Shown: positions 47,877 through 57,964 of the stretch, piece by piece
Layout: every line of letters begins with the position of its first letter
How positions within the stretch are numbered: the first letter of the stretch is position 1
From: Planktosalinus sp.
Lineage (GTDB): Bacteria > Bacteroidota > Bacteroidia > Flavobacteriales > Flavobacteriaceae
Reading direction: 5' to 3'
DNA length: 64,000 nucleotides
Assembly: GCA_036735625.1 (NCBI GenBank)
Contig: DAINOA010000001.1
Location: 19,517 to 83,516, forward strand
Translations under genes and position numbers: made by a program
The notes under the pieces: generated by a model
The model's database searches: none
What the model was told of the DNA's origin: nothing
What the model saw: the letters and a program-made list of their open reading frames with translations, nothing else

Positions 47877-48938
47877 TCAACCCTTTTTTGTGGATAACTT
47901 TTTGACTGATACTTTAAGTGGATTTTTCGTGATTTGTTGAAATTGCTTTCTGTTTCGATAAATTTGTATGGCTTTAAAGACCGCTTCATTAAACGAGGTA
48001 TAATCTGCTGTGTTTTTGCCTGCAATATCATAAGCAGTTCCGTGATCAGGTGATGTTCTAACCTTACTGAGACCAGCGGTATAGTTCACCCCCGATCCAA
48101 AAGACAAGGTTTTAAAGGGTATCAAGCCCTGATCATGGTATGCGGCCAAAATCGCATCAAAGTTTTTATAATTGCCAGAGCCAAAAAAACTGTCTGCGGC
48201 AAAGGGGCCATAAACTATTTTACCTGAGTGGTTAATTTTCTCCAATGTTGGTCTAAGGACTTTGTCGTCTTCGTCACCTATAATTCCGTTATCACCGGTA
48301 TGTGGGTTGATTCCCAAAACTGCAATTTTAGGAATTGTAATTCCAAAATCCTGTTTCAGTGTTTTGTATATTATATCAATTTTTTTCTCAATAAGCTGTT
48401 TTGTGATGTGTTTTGAAATGTCTTTAACAGGCACGTGGTCTGTCAACAAACCCACTTTTAAGGTATCTGTTACCATAAACATGAGGCTTTCGCCTTCAAG
48501 TTCCTGAGCAAGGTAGTCTGTATGCCCGGGAAATTTAAATGTTTCAGACTGTATATTGTGCTTATTTATGGGTGCTGTAACTAGTACATCTATGGAATTT
48601 GATTTTAACGCCTTTACAGCTGCTTGTAGTGATTTTATAGCATAATCGCCCATTGTATTATTTTCTACACCAAACTCAATATCTACGTTTTCTTTCCAAA
48701 CATTCAGCACATTTACCTTTCCATGAACTAGTTGATTGATGTGATCAATCCCCTGAATATTTGTATTAATATCTAATGCCTTTTTAATAAAGGATAAAGA
48801 TTTTACGGAAGCAAAAATTAAAGGCGTACAAAAATCAAGCATTCTTGGATCCTCAAAAGTTTTTAAAACAATTTCAGGCCCAATGCCGTTTAGGTCACCA
48901 ATGGAAATTCCAACAATAATAGTTTCCTGCTTGCTCAT
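47877..48938 (-). CDS. pdxA: 4-hydroxythreonine-4-phosphate dehydrogenase
   Basis: GD.NGIGPE, VTAPINK, FPGHT, NPH.G, YHDQGL.P.K, RTSPDHGTA. Confidence 0.94.
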   Translation of the reverse strand: MSKQETIIVGISIGDLNGIGPEIVLKTFEDPRMLDFCTPLIFASVKSLSFIKKALDINTNIQGIDHINQLVHGKVNVLNVWKENVDIEFGVENNTMGDYAIKSLQAAVKALKSNSIDVLVTAPINKHNIQSETFKFPGHTDYLAQELEGESLMFMVTDTLKVGLLTDHVPVKDISKHITKQLIEKKIDIIYKTLKQDFGITIPKIAVLGINPHTGDNGIIGDEDDKVLRPTLEKINHSGKIVYGPFAADSFFGSGNYKNFDAILAAYHDQGLIPFKTLSFGSGVNYTAGLSKVRTSPDHGTAYDIAGKNTADYTSFNEAVFKAIQIYRNRKQFQQITKNPLKVSVKKLSTKKG

Positions 48939-49031
48939 TCTTTTTTAGAGTAGTTTTTAGGTAAGGTTTAGCAATTAGTTTAATTTTACAAGCGTTATTT
49001 AAAAATACAAATTTAACCAAATAAACCGAAT

Positions 49032-49616
49032 ATGTTTACAGGAATCATTGAAGATATGGGCGAGGTTATAAGCCTTGAAAAAGGAGGGAATAACTTAAAC
49101 ATTTCAATAAAAAGCAAGATAACCCCAGAGCTAAAAATCGACCAAAGTATTTCGCACAATGGTGTTTGTTTAACGGTAGTAGCTATTGATAATCTCGTTT
49201 ATAAAGTAACCGCCATCAAAGAAACACTAGACAAATCAAATATTGGCAGCTTGCAGACAGGTGATTTTGTAAATCTGGAGAGGGCTATGAAACTGGGAGA
49301 CAGGCTGGATGGTCATCTTGTTCAAGGGCATATAGATCAAACAGCTGTATGCATAGAAATTAAAGAATCCTCTGGAAGCTGGTATTACACCTTTCAGTAC
49401 AATCCTGTGCTTGGGAATATTACAATAGAAAAAGGTTCTATCACTGTTAATGGTGTGAGCCTCACTGTTGTAAACTCAAAAAAAGATACATTTTCTGTCG
49501 CCATCATACCCTATACTTATGAAAATACCAACTTTAAACAAATAAATGTGGGGACTGTGGTGAATTTGGAGTTTGATCTTGTAGGAAAATACTTGAAAAA
49601 GCTGTCGGGATTATAG
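49032..49616 (+). CDS. ribE: Riboflavin synthase (alpha chain; called ribE or ribC depending on nomenclature)
   Basis: MFTGII, NGVCLTV, VNLERA, GH.VQGH.D, KGSI.VNGVSLT, VNLEFD. Confidence 0.95.
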   Translation: MFTGIIEDMGEVISLEKGGNNLNISIKSKITPELKIDQSISHNGVCLTVVAIDNLVYKVTAIKETLDKSNIGSLQTGDFVNLERAMKLGDRLDGHLVQGHIDQTAVCIEIKESSGSWYYTFQYNPVLGNITIEKGSITVNGVSLTVVNSKKDTFSVAIIPYTYENTNFKQINVGTVVNLEFDLVGKYLKKLSGL

Positions 49617-49820
49617 TTCTGCTTTTTTCTTTCTTAATAAAAAGTAAGCGCCTAATAAAACTCCAAACAGAATCAATATTAAAAGATGGCTGTCAATCGG
49701 AAGATTTATAGGTGGCGTTCTTTCAGGTGGGGGTGGCGGCGTCTGTTGCCCCAAAGCCACGACACACACAAAAAAGTGTATTAAAAGAAGTGATATTTTT
49801 TTAACGATTTGGGGTCGCAT
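49611..49820 (-). CDS. Small PID-CTERM sorting-domain protein
   Basis: Signal peptide, QQTPPPPPERTPP, LPID, TM helix, RKKK tail. Confidence 0.75.
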   Translation of the reverse strand: MRPQIVKKISLLLIHFFVCVVALGQQTPPPPPERTPPINLPIDSHLLILILFGVLLGAYFLLRKKKAEL

Positions 49821-49973
49821 ATTTGTATTGATTCAGCTAATATAAAAATGTTTTAAATAATACCAAGCTAAACGACAAACATAAACAATAATTGTTTACC
49901 AAGTGTTAAGCGACAATCAATTTTCCCAAAATCAATTTGTTAGTTTGTATTGAACTTTATCTGTGAGGAGCGT

Positions 49974-49981
49974 CAAATATA
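49974..49981 (-). promoter_or_regulatory. -7 promoter element (TATATTTG) about 150 nt upstream of the PID-CTERM gene
   Basis: Exact consensus in intergenic DNA. Confidence 0.45.
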
Positions 49982-50019
49982 GATAAATAAAGCCAATCTC
50001 CAAAAGTTTATTAAAATAG

Positions 50020-50093
50020 TGGTCCCACATGGGCTCGAACCATGGACCCCCTGATTATGAGTCAGGTGCTCTAACCAGCTGAGCTATGGGACC
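50020..50093 (-). tRNA. tRNA with CAT anticodon, probably tRNA-Ile2 (lysidine) rather than Met
   Basis: Reverse complement GGTCCCATAGCTCAGCTGGTTAGAGCA-CCTGA CT CAT AA TCAGG-GGGTC-CATGG TTCGAGC CCATG-TGGGACCA; lacks initiator features; acceptor and anticodon arms resemble Ile2. Confidence 0.93.
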
Positions 50094-50169
50094 TTTGCAA
50101 TACTCTGTTTTAGAACTTCTTAATGGGATAATCCAAATAAATATAAAGGATAAATCCCACTTAAGCCCG

Positions 50170-50177
50170 CAAATTTA
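50170..50177 (-). promoter_or_regulatory. -7 promoter element (TAAATTTG) for the CAT tRNA
   Basis: Exact consensus 76 nt upstream of the tRNA. Confidence 0.55.
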
Positions 50178-50206
50178 TAATTAGTTTACGTATGTAGCAA
50201 ACTTTT

Positions 50207-50614
50207 TTAAAAATTTGTGTTTTCCTGACACAACTCAATCAAAACGCCGTGTGATGATTTTGGATGTAAAAATGTCACTAGCTTATTATCTGCTCCCATC
50301 TTTGGGGTTTCATTGAGAACAATAAAGCCCTCCTTTTTTAATCGTTTGATCTCTGCTGCAATATCATATACGTAAAAAGCAATGTGATGGATTCCCTCAC
50401 CTCTTTTTTCAATAAACTTTGCAATAGGGCTCTCGGGATTTGTTGCTTCTAATAATTCAATCTTACTTTCGCCCACTTTAAAAAATGATGTCCTAACACC
50501 CTCAGCCTCTACAACTTCTATTTTATAATGTTTTTCACCTAAAAGTGCCGCATAAACAGCATTGGCATTTTCAAGATTTTTCACTGCAATTCCTATGTGC
50601 TCAATCTTATTCAT
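50207..50614 (-). CDS. mce: Methylmalonyl-CoA epimerase
   Basis: IEHIGIAV, IELLE, GEGIHHIAF, FLHPK...GVLIELCQ. Confidence 0.92.
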   Translation of the reverse strand: MNKIEHIGIAVKNLENANAVYAALLGEKHYKIEVVEAEGVRTSFFKVGESKIELLEATNPESPIAKFIEKRGEGIHHIAFYVYDIAAEIKRLKKEGFIVLNETPKMGADNKLVTFLHPKSSHGVLIELCQENTNF

Positions 50615-50664
50615 AATAAAAGTATCTTTTTGTCTTGTAAAAGTAAGATAATCTTTAAATATAG

Positions 50665-50672
50665 TACTTTTG
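50665..50672 (+). promoter_or_regulatory. -7 promoter element (TACTTTTG) immediately before rbfA
   Basis: Only 4 nt separate the element from the ATG. Confidence 0.6.
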
Positions 50673-50676
50673 TCAC

Positions 50677-51069
50677 ATGGAAAGTAACAGACAAAAAAAA
50701 ATAGCCGGTGTTTTACAGAATGACCTTGCAGCGATTCTTCAAAAAGCTCTTAAAGATGCCGGTCACGCCGGAGTTTTAGTTTCAGTCTCAAAAGTTCAGG
50801 TCACCGTTGATTTATCAATAGCCAAAGTATATGTAAGTGTGTTTCCCTCAGAGCACGCTCAAAAAGTTGTTGAAGAGATCAATCTGGTCAAAAACAACAT
50901 CAAACATCAAATGGCTCAACTCACCAAAAATCAACTAAGAAGAATGCCTAGTTTGCATTTTTACAATGATGATTCCCTCGATTATATCGAAAAAATAGAT
51001 AAGGCCGTTAAAGGAACTGAAAACCCATTAACTAATTCCGATTTAATCGAAAAAAGAAAAAAATCCTAG
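50677..51069 (+). CDS. rbfA: 30S ribosome-binding factor A
   Basis: R..K....Q..L, V.V..DLS.AKVY.S, LRRMP.L.F..D.S. Confidence 0.93.
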   Translation: MESNRQKKIAGVLQNDLAAILQKALKDAGHAGVLVSVSKVQVTVDLSIAKVYVSVFPSEHAQKVVEEINLVKNNIKHQMAQLTKNQLRRMPSLHFYNDDSLDYIEKIDKAVKGTENPLTNSDLIEKRKKS

Positions 51070-51072
51070 GCA

Positions 51073-52269
51073 GTGAAATTTTCCCTATACATCGCCAAGC
51101 GTTATTTATTTTCAAAAAGCAGTAATAACGCAATTAATATTATTACCGCTATTGCCGGTGTTGGTGTGATTGTTGGGACAATGTCATTATTTATAGTGCT
51201 TTCAGGATTCTCCGGGCTTAAAGATTTTAGTTTACAGTTTAGCTCAGTTTTTGATTCCGATTTAAAGGTTTATCCTGAAACTGGAAAAACACTTAATCTC
51301 TCTATAGAACAGGAGGAATTACTCCAGCAAATTAATGAAATTGAGGCTTTTTCAAAAATTGTTGAGGAACGGGTTTTTCTAACTTTTAAAGGCAAAAACA
51401 GCATTTCACACATCAAGGGTGTTGATCAAAACTATCAGCGCGTAAATGCCATAGACAGTACTATTTTCCATGGAGGCTGGTTTGAAAGTGATAACACAGC
51501 GGTAATTGGTGCTCAAATTTCAAGAAATTTAAATCTTGGGGTTTATGACTATTCAGAATTATTGGAAATATATGTGCCCACTCCCGGAAGCGGACAAATT
51601 ACAGACATTACTCAAGCATTTAATAAGGAGCATGTGGTTGTTTCCGGCATCTATCACGTCAATGAAGAACTCAACACAAAATATGTTTTTACGCCCATTG
51701 ACCTTGCAAAATCATTGCTTTCTTATGAGGAGTATGATGTAAGTTCTATTGAATTTAAACTAGTTAACGGGGCTAAGGAAGACGGTGTTAAATCTAAAAT
51801 CTCTAAAGTGTTAAATCAAAACATTGTATTTAAAAACAGGATGCAACAAAACGATGCGCTCTACAAAATGTTAAATACAGAAAACTTGGCTGTCTATCTT
51901 ATTTTTACATTGGTTTTAATTATTGCGATTTTTAATGTTATTGCAAGCATTATCATGATTATTTTGGACAAGAAGCACAATATCAAAACGTTGAAAAACT
52001 TAGGTGCAACAATACAAGAAATAAGACGAATCTTCTATCTCCAGGGAGTCTTGATGACTGTTTTGGGCGGAATCATCGGGATTGTTCTTGGTGTTATTAT
52101 TGTTTTAATGCAATTGCAATTTGACCTTGTCATGATCACGTCTACCCTTCCATATCCTGTAAAACTGGAATTATTTAATGTTTTTTTAGTGTTTTTTACA
52201 ATACTTCTTTTAGGCATTATTGCCTCTCGTATTGCTTCAAGTAGAGTGCGCGAAGGTTTAATAGGTTAA
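51073..52269 (+). CDS. ABC transporter permease, LolC/E-FtsX family
   Basis: IAKRYL.S, TM1 with V.SGF, large periplasmic domain, three C-terminal TMs with LK.LGA....IR.IF; GTG start. Confidence 0.88.
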   Translation: MKFSLYIAKRYLFSKSSNNAINIITAIAGVGVIVGTMSLFIVLSGFSGLKDFSLQFSSVFDSDLKVYPETGKTLNLSIEQEELLQQINEIEAFSKIVEERVFLTFKGKNSISHIKGVDQNYQRVNAIDSTIFHGGWFESDNTAVIGAQISRNLNLGVYDYSELLEIYVPTPGSGQITDITQAFNKEHVVVSGIYHVNEELNTKYVFTPIDLAKSLLSYEEYDVSSIEFKLVNGAKEDGVKSKISKVLNQNIVFKNRMQQNDALYKMLNTENLAVYLIFTLVLIIAIFNVIASIIMIILDKKHNIKTLKNLGATIQEIRRIFYLQGVLMTVLGGIIGIVLGVIIVLMQLQFDLVMITSTLPYPVKLELFNVFLVFFTILLLGIIASRIASSRVREGLIG

Positions 52270-53258
52270 GCAAATTGAAAGTCGTAAAATTGCTCTAAGG
52301 CTTCCTCAAAAACAGCAAAAACTGAAGCCGCATCATCGCTTGTTACCATTTTAGTACGGTAATCTTTGAAATTGGGAATTCCTTTAAAGTAGTTGGTATA
52401 ATGTCTTCGGGTTTCAAAAACGCCTAATTTTTCTCCTTTCCAGTCTATTGCCATTTGAAGATGTCTTTTTGCGGCATCCACCCGCTCTTCCATGGTGGGT
52501 GGAGCTAGATGATGCCCGGTAGCAAAAAAATGTTTCACTTCTCTAAAAAACCAAGGATAACCAATGCTTGCTCTACCAATCATAGCCCCGTCAAGACCAT
52601 AGCTATCACGCATTTCCATAGCGCGCTCTGGTGTATCCACATCGCCGTTGCCAAAAACAGGAATGTACATTCGGGGATTGTTTTTAACTTCGGCTATAGG
52701 TGCCCAATTTGAATCTCCTTTATACATTTGTGCCCGGGTTCTTCCATGAATAGAAATCGCCTTACATCCCACGTCCTGCAATCTTTCGGCAACCTCAACA
52801 ATTTTTATGGAGTTTTCATCCCAACCAAGTCTGGTTTTAACCGTTATGGGAAGTTTGGTATGTTTGACCATGGCTTTGGTTAGAGAAACCATTAATTCAA
52901 TATCCTTTAAAATTCCTGCTCCGGCTCCCTTTGAAACTACCTTTTTAACAGGACAGCCAAAATTGATGTCAATAATATCGGGGCCTGAAGCTTCAACAAT
53001 TTCAACAGACTGTAGCATCGATTCTAAGTTTGCGCCAAATATCTGTATGCCCACAGGGCGTTCTTTTTCATAAATATCTAGTTTCATAACGCTTTTTGCT
53101 GCATCACGAATCAAGCCTTCGCTGGAAATAAATTCAGTAAACACCACATCAGCGCCTTGCTCTTTACAAAGTGCTCTAAAGGGTGGGTCACTCACGTCCT
53201 CCATGGGGGCAAGCAATAAGGGAAAATCTCCCACGTCAATGTTTCCAATTTTTGACAT
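52266..53258 (-). CDS. dusB: tRNA-dihydrouridine synthase B
   Basis: LAPMEDV, DINFGCPV, VKTRLGW, IHGRT, GNGD, MIGRA. Confidence 0.93.
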   Translation of the reverse strand: MSKIGNIDVGDFPLLLAPMEDVSDPPFRALCKEQGADVVFTEFISSEGLIRDAAKSVMKLDIYEKERPVGIQIFGANLESMLQSVEIVEASGPDIIDINFGCPVKKVVSKGAGAGILKDIELMVSLTKAMVKHTKLPITVKTRLGWDENSIKIVEVAERLQDVGCKAISIHGRTRAQMYKGDSNWAPIAEVKNNPRMYIPVFGNGDVDTPERAMEMRDSYGLDGAMIGRASIGYPWFFREVKHFFATGHHLAPPTMEERVDAAKRHLQMAIDWKGEKLGVFETRRHYTNYFKGIPNFKDYRTKMVTSDDAASVFAVFEEALEQFYDFQFA

Positions 53259-53274
53259 TCACTAAATTTGATGG

Positions 53275-53282
53275 CAAAGTTA
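53275..53282 (-). promoter_or_regulatory. -7 promoter element (TAACTTTG) for dusB
   Basis: Exact consensus 16 nt upstream of the ATG. Confidence 0.62.
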
Positions 53283-53322
53283 GGTTTTTTTTGAGAAAAT
53301 TAATGAGGGATATTTTGGCAAA

Positions 53323-55725
53323 TTAATCAATGCGATTGCGTTCGTCATTTCTTATTTGCTTCGTGTTGTCTTTCAATCTGAAATTACCAAAATTATAAGT
53401 AAAGCCAACTTGTAAAAACCTTGATTCTGTTATAGCAAAATAACTGTTGCGTTGGTTAAGGAAATCTGTTTGAAGTTTTCTATTGAATGTGTCAAAGATA
53501 TCATTCACAGTCAATGAAAGAGAAGCTCTATTGTCCCAAAATGTTTTTCGTAATCCCAAATTTACCATTGTAAATGGGTCCATTAAATACGTGCCGCTTG
53601 GAAGACCCGTGAGGTGGACTAGAATTAAATCACCGCTAAAGGTTTTGTCCTTAGTAATCGTAAATGAGTTTACGAGTTGGGATAGCATCCCGCTAGTGCT
53701 TACAGTTACAAACTCATTATTGCTTTCTATGGCAAAAAAAGAGTTTTCTTCATAGAACAAAGAGTTGTAGTGATAAAACGTCCACCAGTCCTTGATAAAT
53801 CCAAAATATTTAAATTCAAACCCATAGCCATTTTTGTCCTCGATATTTGTGGAAACACTTCTTAAAAAGCGGTTTTCATTGTTTTGAAAACTTAAAACAT
53901 CTACTGCACCTTGAGTGGTTCTGTAATAAAATTCAAAAGTGTATTTGTTTTCTGCAACATATTCTATACTGTAGCGATCAATATATGCGGGTTGCAAATT
54001 TGGGTCGCCGGTGGTAAAGTTATTTTCATTGATAAAATAACTAAATGGGTTTAGTAAGCTGTAATTTGGCCTTTGAATGCTTCGTTTGTATGCTAGTTTA
54101 ATACTGTGGTTTTGGTTGGGTATGTAGTTTATAGTGGCGTTTGGGAACCAATCCAAATAGTCATTTTTTGTTTTTTGAGACAGCGCGATAGAGTTTCCCT
54201 CAGTTTCTGTATATTCCCCTCTTAACCCGGCACTTAGCCGCCATTTTTTCCAAATTTTTGAAATTTTTATATAGCCTGCAAACACATTCTCTTCATAATC
54301 AAAATTGTCAGAGAGTATGGGATTGAACTGTTCTGTTCCATTGATGAGGTCAAAAAATTCTATGCCACTTTCAGTGTTTATAGAAGACGCTTTGACTCCA
54401 ATCTCAATCGGCATTTTAAATAGATTTGTTGTAAAATCTAGTTGACCCACATAAATACCGATATCCTGATTTGCGTCTGTCAAAAAGGAATTGTTTCTCA
54501 ACAAGGTTTGGTTGGGTAAAAAATAATTTGTATTGACGTTTTGAAAACGGGAGTCATCAAAATTCGTGTAGTGCGCATTAAATTTCAATGAAGTCCCTTT
54601 TTCGTTAAATTTATGATTTAAACTAAAATCAAATGCCAGATTTTTTTTTTCTGAATCCAATCCACTTGTTGTGGTAAATAAAGAGTCTAATTGATTTTGG
54701 GGGCTGAAAATTTCAGCAACTTCTTTGTTTGAAAAAGTGGTGGTGGGGTTCAATGAAACAAGGGATGATACACTTAGAGTAGTTTTATCGCTCAATGAAT
54801 AGTCAATTATTGAATTGATGGTATGTGTTTCAGAACGTGTAATTCTAACAAAATCTGTTTCCCAAAAAGAATTGATAGAATTATCGGGCTCAAAAAAAGT
54901 AACTTCGCCTAAATCGTTTTTATGCTCTTTGCGTTTTCTGAAATTATAGTTTACAAAAAAATCAATTTTTTCGTTTTTAAAATAATGACTGGTACCTGCA
55001 CTGTATTTTGGAAAAATTGCTTGCTCATACCCGGCTGAAACACTTCCCTTATATCCCAGAGTTAGGGCTTTGCTTGTCACTATATTGATTATAATACCAC
55101 TGTCTGCATCATATTGAGCTCCGGGGTTGGTAATAACCTCAATGCTTTTAACATAAGAACCCGCAAATCCATCCAACAAGCTTTGAACTTCGGCAGGAGA
55201 CAAATTGACTTTTCGGTCATTGATATAAATAGTGGCGGGCTGGTTTTGAACAGTGATGTTGTTTTGCTGCACAATTACACTAGGCGTTCGCTTCAAAATA
55301 TCCATTGAGCTTCCGTTTGATAGCGACGTGTTTTCGACATTAAAAATAAGCCGGTCAATCTCTCTTTGAATGGTTGGTTTTTGTGCTTCAATGGTGACTT
55401 GTCCCAATCCTTCCGGAGCTTCAAGAAGTCTTAAGATTCCTAAATCCAAATCTGATGTAACTTCTATGGGTTTAAAAAAATCATCGAAACCAATAATACT
55501 GGCTTTAAGAATATAAGCTCCCTGCGGTGTGTTTTGAATTTGAAATTGCCCCTGAATTCCTGTTGCAGTTCCGGCAATAAATGCGGAGTCACTAGCCTTT
55601 AAAAGTAAAACTGTGACAAAAGAAAGCGAATTTTCATCAACATCTACAATCTTGCCTGAAACAGTAAATTGTTGTGCTTGAAGCGATGTTGCCAAAAAAA
55701 ATAATAATATAAAAACCTTATCCAT
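53323..55725 (-). CDS. Outer membrane beta-barrel family protein (TonB-dependent receptor-like)
   Basis: Signal peptide, carboxypeptidase-regulatory-like N domain, plug IEVITNP.A.YDA, GLR.E.T, RP.Y..LNPF, G.P.L.P, terminal FTYNFG; start moved to MDKVF. Confidence 0.88.
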   Translation of the reverse strand: MDKVFILLFFLATSLQAQQFTVSGKIVDVDENSLSFVTVLLLKASDSAFIAGTATGIQGQFQIQNTPQGAYILKASIIGFDDFFKPIEVTSDLDLGILRLLEAPEGLGQVTIEAQKPTIQREIDRLIFNVENTSLSNGSSMDILKRTPSVIVQQNNITVQNQPATIYINDRKVNLSPAEVQSLLDGFAGSYVKSIEVITNPGAQYDADSGIIINIVTSKALTLGYKGSVSAGYEQAIFPKYSAGTSHYFKNEKIDFFVNYNFRKRKEHKNDLGEVTFFEPDNSINSFWETDFVRITRSETHTINSIIDYSLSDKTTLSVSSLVSLNPTTTFSNKEVAEIFSPQNQLDSLFTTTSGLDSEKKNLAFDFSLNHKFNEKGTSLKFNAHYTNFDDSRFQNVNTNYFLPNQTLLRNNSFLTDANQDIGIYVGQLDFTTNLFKMPIEIGVKASSINTESGIEFFDLINGTEQFNPILSDNFDYEENVFAGYIKISKIWKKWRLSAGLRGEYTETEGNSIALSQKTKNDYLDWFPNATINYIPNQNHSIKLAYKRSIQRPNYSLLNPFSYFINENNFTTGDPNLQPAYIDRYSIEYVAENKYTFEFYYRTTQGAVDVLSFQNNENRFLRSVSTNIEDKNGYGFEFKYFGFIKDWWTFYHYNSLFYEENSFFAIESNNEFVTVSTSGMLSQLVNSFTITKDKTFSGDLILVHLTGLPSGTYLMDPFTMVNLGLRKTFWDNRASLSLTVNDIFDTFNRKLQTDFLNQRNSYFAITESRFLQVGFTYNFGNFRLKDNTKQIRNDERNRID

Positions 55726-55911
55726 CAATAGTTTATAGTGAAAGTAAATACTCAAGGCTTTTAGTTTTGGGGAAACGAAAGCGGCAACTTTTATATCCTA
55801 CAAATTTGTTAAAAAAAAGCCAATAATCCACGATAAATTGCGTTTTTTTTTGTTAAAGTGTAATTACGCCGTTTATGTGTGTTTTTTGTAATAGATGATG
55901 GTTAAATAAAT

Positions 55912-55919
55912 TATATTTG
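55912..55919 (+). promoter_or_regulatory. -7 promoter element (TATATTTG) for lepA
   Basis: Exact consensus 30 nt upstream of ATG 55950. Confidence 0.65.
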
Positions 55920-55949
55920 CAAATTCAAAAGATTGAGAGGCAAACCTGT

Positions 55950-57746
55950 ATGAAAAACATTAGAAATTTTTGCATTATTGCACATATTGATCATGGTAAG
56001 AGTACCCTGGCAGACAGGCTTTTAGACGCTACAGGTTCTGTTACTACTCGGGAAAAGCAAGAGCAATTATTGGACAATATGGATTTGGAACGTGAACGAG
56101 GCATCACCATAAAAAGTCATGCTGTCCAAATGGAATATACTTACAAGGGTGAACATTATGTTTTAAACCTTATTGACACTCCCGGTCATGTTGACTTTTC
56201 TTATGAGGTTTCAAGATCTATTGCCGCTTGTGAAGGAGCGCTTCTTATTGTTGATGCCGCTCAAAGCATACAGGCGCAAACCATTTCAAATTTGTATCTG
56301 GCACTTGAAAATGACCTTGAAATCATACCTGTTTTAAACAAAGTAGATTTGCCAAGTGCCAATCCCGAAGAAGTAACAGACGATATTGTGGAACTTTTGG
56401 GCTGTGCCCACGAAGATGTGATTCCCGCAAGTGCAAAAACAGGCATTGGTATCGATGAAATTCTTGCTGCCATCATTGAGCGCATACCGGCTCCAAAAGG
56501 AAATGTTGACGAGCCATTACAGGCATTGATTTTTGACTCTGTTTACAATCCTTTTCGCGGCGTGGAAACCATTTTTAGAGTGATCAACGGAAGCATCAAA
56601 AAAGGACAGAAAATTAAGTTTCTCGCTACCGGAAATACTTATAATGCCGACGAAGTGGGGACTTTAAAACTAAAACAACAGCCCAAACAAGAAATAAAAG
56701 CTGGTGATGTGGGCTACCTCATTACCGGCATCAAAGATGCTCGCGAAGTCAAAGTGGGTGATACCATAACAGATGCCCTCAATCCTTCAAAAAATCCGGT
56801 TTCTGGCTTTGAAGATGTGAAACCCATGGTTTTTGCAGGGATTTATCCCGTTGATACCGAAGATTATGAAGAGCTACGTTCCTCCATGGAAAAACTGCAA
56901 CTCAACGATGCCTCACTGGTTTTTATTCCTGAAAGCTCAGCGGCTTTAGGTTTTGGTTTTCGTTGTGGATTCCTGGGGATGTTGCACCTTGAGATTATTC
57001 AGGAACGTTTGGAGCGTGAATTTGACATGACGGTCATCACAACTGTTCCAAACGTGTCCTATCATGCATTCAGCACAAAAAGACCAGATGACATCATTGT
57101 TGTAAACAACCCTTCAGACCTGCCTGACCCATCGAGCTTGGACAGGGTTGAAGAGCCCTATATCAAGGCAACTGTCATCACCAAATCTGATTTTGTGGGC
57201 AACGTGATGTCGCTTTGTATCGAAAAAAGAGGAATGATAACCAATCAAACCTACTTAACCCCAGAGCGTGTCGAACTCACATTTGACATGCCGCTGGCAG
57301 AAATTGTATTTGATTTTTATGACCGCTTAAAAACTGTTTCAAAAGGTTATGCTTCTTTTGATTATTCTCCCATTGGGTTGCGGGCCTCAAAACTGGTGCG
57401 TGTTGATATTCTTTTAAATGCGCAAACGGTTGATGCTTTGTCATCATTAATACACGTTGATAATGCGCACAACATTGGTAAAAAAATGTGTGAAAAATTG
57501 AAAGAACTCATCCCAAGACAACAGTTTGACATACCCATTCAAGCGGCGATTGGTTCTAAAATTATTGCCCGGGAAACTATTAAAGCACTCAGAAAAGACG
57601 TAACCGCAAAATGTTATGGTGGGGATATTTCGCGTAAGCGAAAATTACTTGAAAAACAGAAAAAAGGTAAAAAACGTATGCGACAAGTGGGGAATGTTGA
57701 GATACCTCAACAGGCGTTTATGGCAGTATTGAAATTGAATGATTAA
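55950..57746 (+). CDS. lepA: Translation elongation factor 4
   Basis: [52 protein letters not shown]; start moved to MKNIR. Confidence 0.98.
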   Translation: MKNIRNFCIIAHIDHGKSTLADRLLDATGSVTTREKQEQLLDNMDLERERGITIKSHAVQMEYTYKGEHYVLNLIDTPGHVDFSYEVSRSIAACEGALLIVDAAQSIQAQTISNLYLALENDLEIIPVLNKVDLPSANPEEVTDDIVELLGCAHEDVIPASAKTGIGIDEILAAIIERIPAPKGNVDEPLQALIFDSVYNPFRGVETIFRVINGSIKKGQKIKFLATGNTYNADEVGTLKLKQQPKQEIKAGDVGYLITGIKDAREVKVGDTITDALNPSKNPVSGFEDVKPMVFAGIYPVDTEDYEELRSSMEKLQLNDASLVFIPESSAALGFGFRCGFLGMLHLEIIQERLEREFDMTVITTVPNVSYHAFSTKRPDDIIVVNNPSDLPDPSSLDRVEEPYIKATVITKSDFVGNVMSLCIEKRGMITNQTYLTPERVELTFDMPLAEIVFDFYDRLKTVSKGYASFDYSPIGLRASKLVRVDILLNAQTVDALSSLIHVDNAHNIGKKMCEKLKELIPRQQFDIPIQAAIGSKIIARETIKALRKDVTAKCYGGDISRKRKLLEKQKKGKKRMRQVGNVEIPQQAFMAVLKLND

Positions 57747-57964
57747 TTGCAGCTCACCCCTTCGCTGACCAGTCCATCCAGATAGATGGAATATCCCATT
57801 CCTGTATCCTGCCCGTTAACTGAAGCGTTCCCATTGCTTTCTTTGCATAGTTCAAAGGGAGTTGTTATATTAGAGCTACACGTCCTGCAATCTGCTGTAT
57901 CATCGTCTTTACAAGAGGTGAAAATAAAAAATGAAATCCCAGCAACGGCCATTATTTTTTTCAT
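57743..57964 (-). CDS. Small hypothetical lipoprotein
   Basis: [22 protein letters not shown] lipoprotein signal; four further Cys; start moved to 57964. Confidence 0.7.
   Translation of the reverse strand: MKKIMAVAGISFFIFTSCKDDDTADCRTCSSNITTPFELCKESNGNASVNGQDTGMGYSIYLDGLVSEGVSCN

Noticed and set aside
47874..47897. Replication origin
   Set aside because: Only one canonical DnaA box, lying in coding sequence, with no box cluster or large AT-rich gap.
48939..49031. FMN riboswitch upstream of riboflavin synthase
   Set aside because: The spacer is only 93 nt, AT-rich, and lacks RFN consensus motifs.
1271..50093. tRNA genes as island integration sites
   Set aside because: I noticed no duplicated tRNA 3' ends or integrases next to any of the three tRNAs.
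50120..50164. Imperfect hairpin TGGGATAATCC...GGATAAATCCCA in the tRNA leader
   Set aside because: It is weak and AT-looped, and is adequately explained as precursor leader structure or the mce 3' end.
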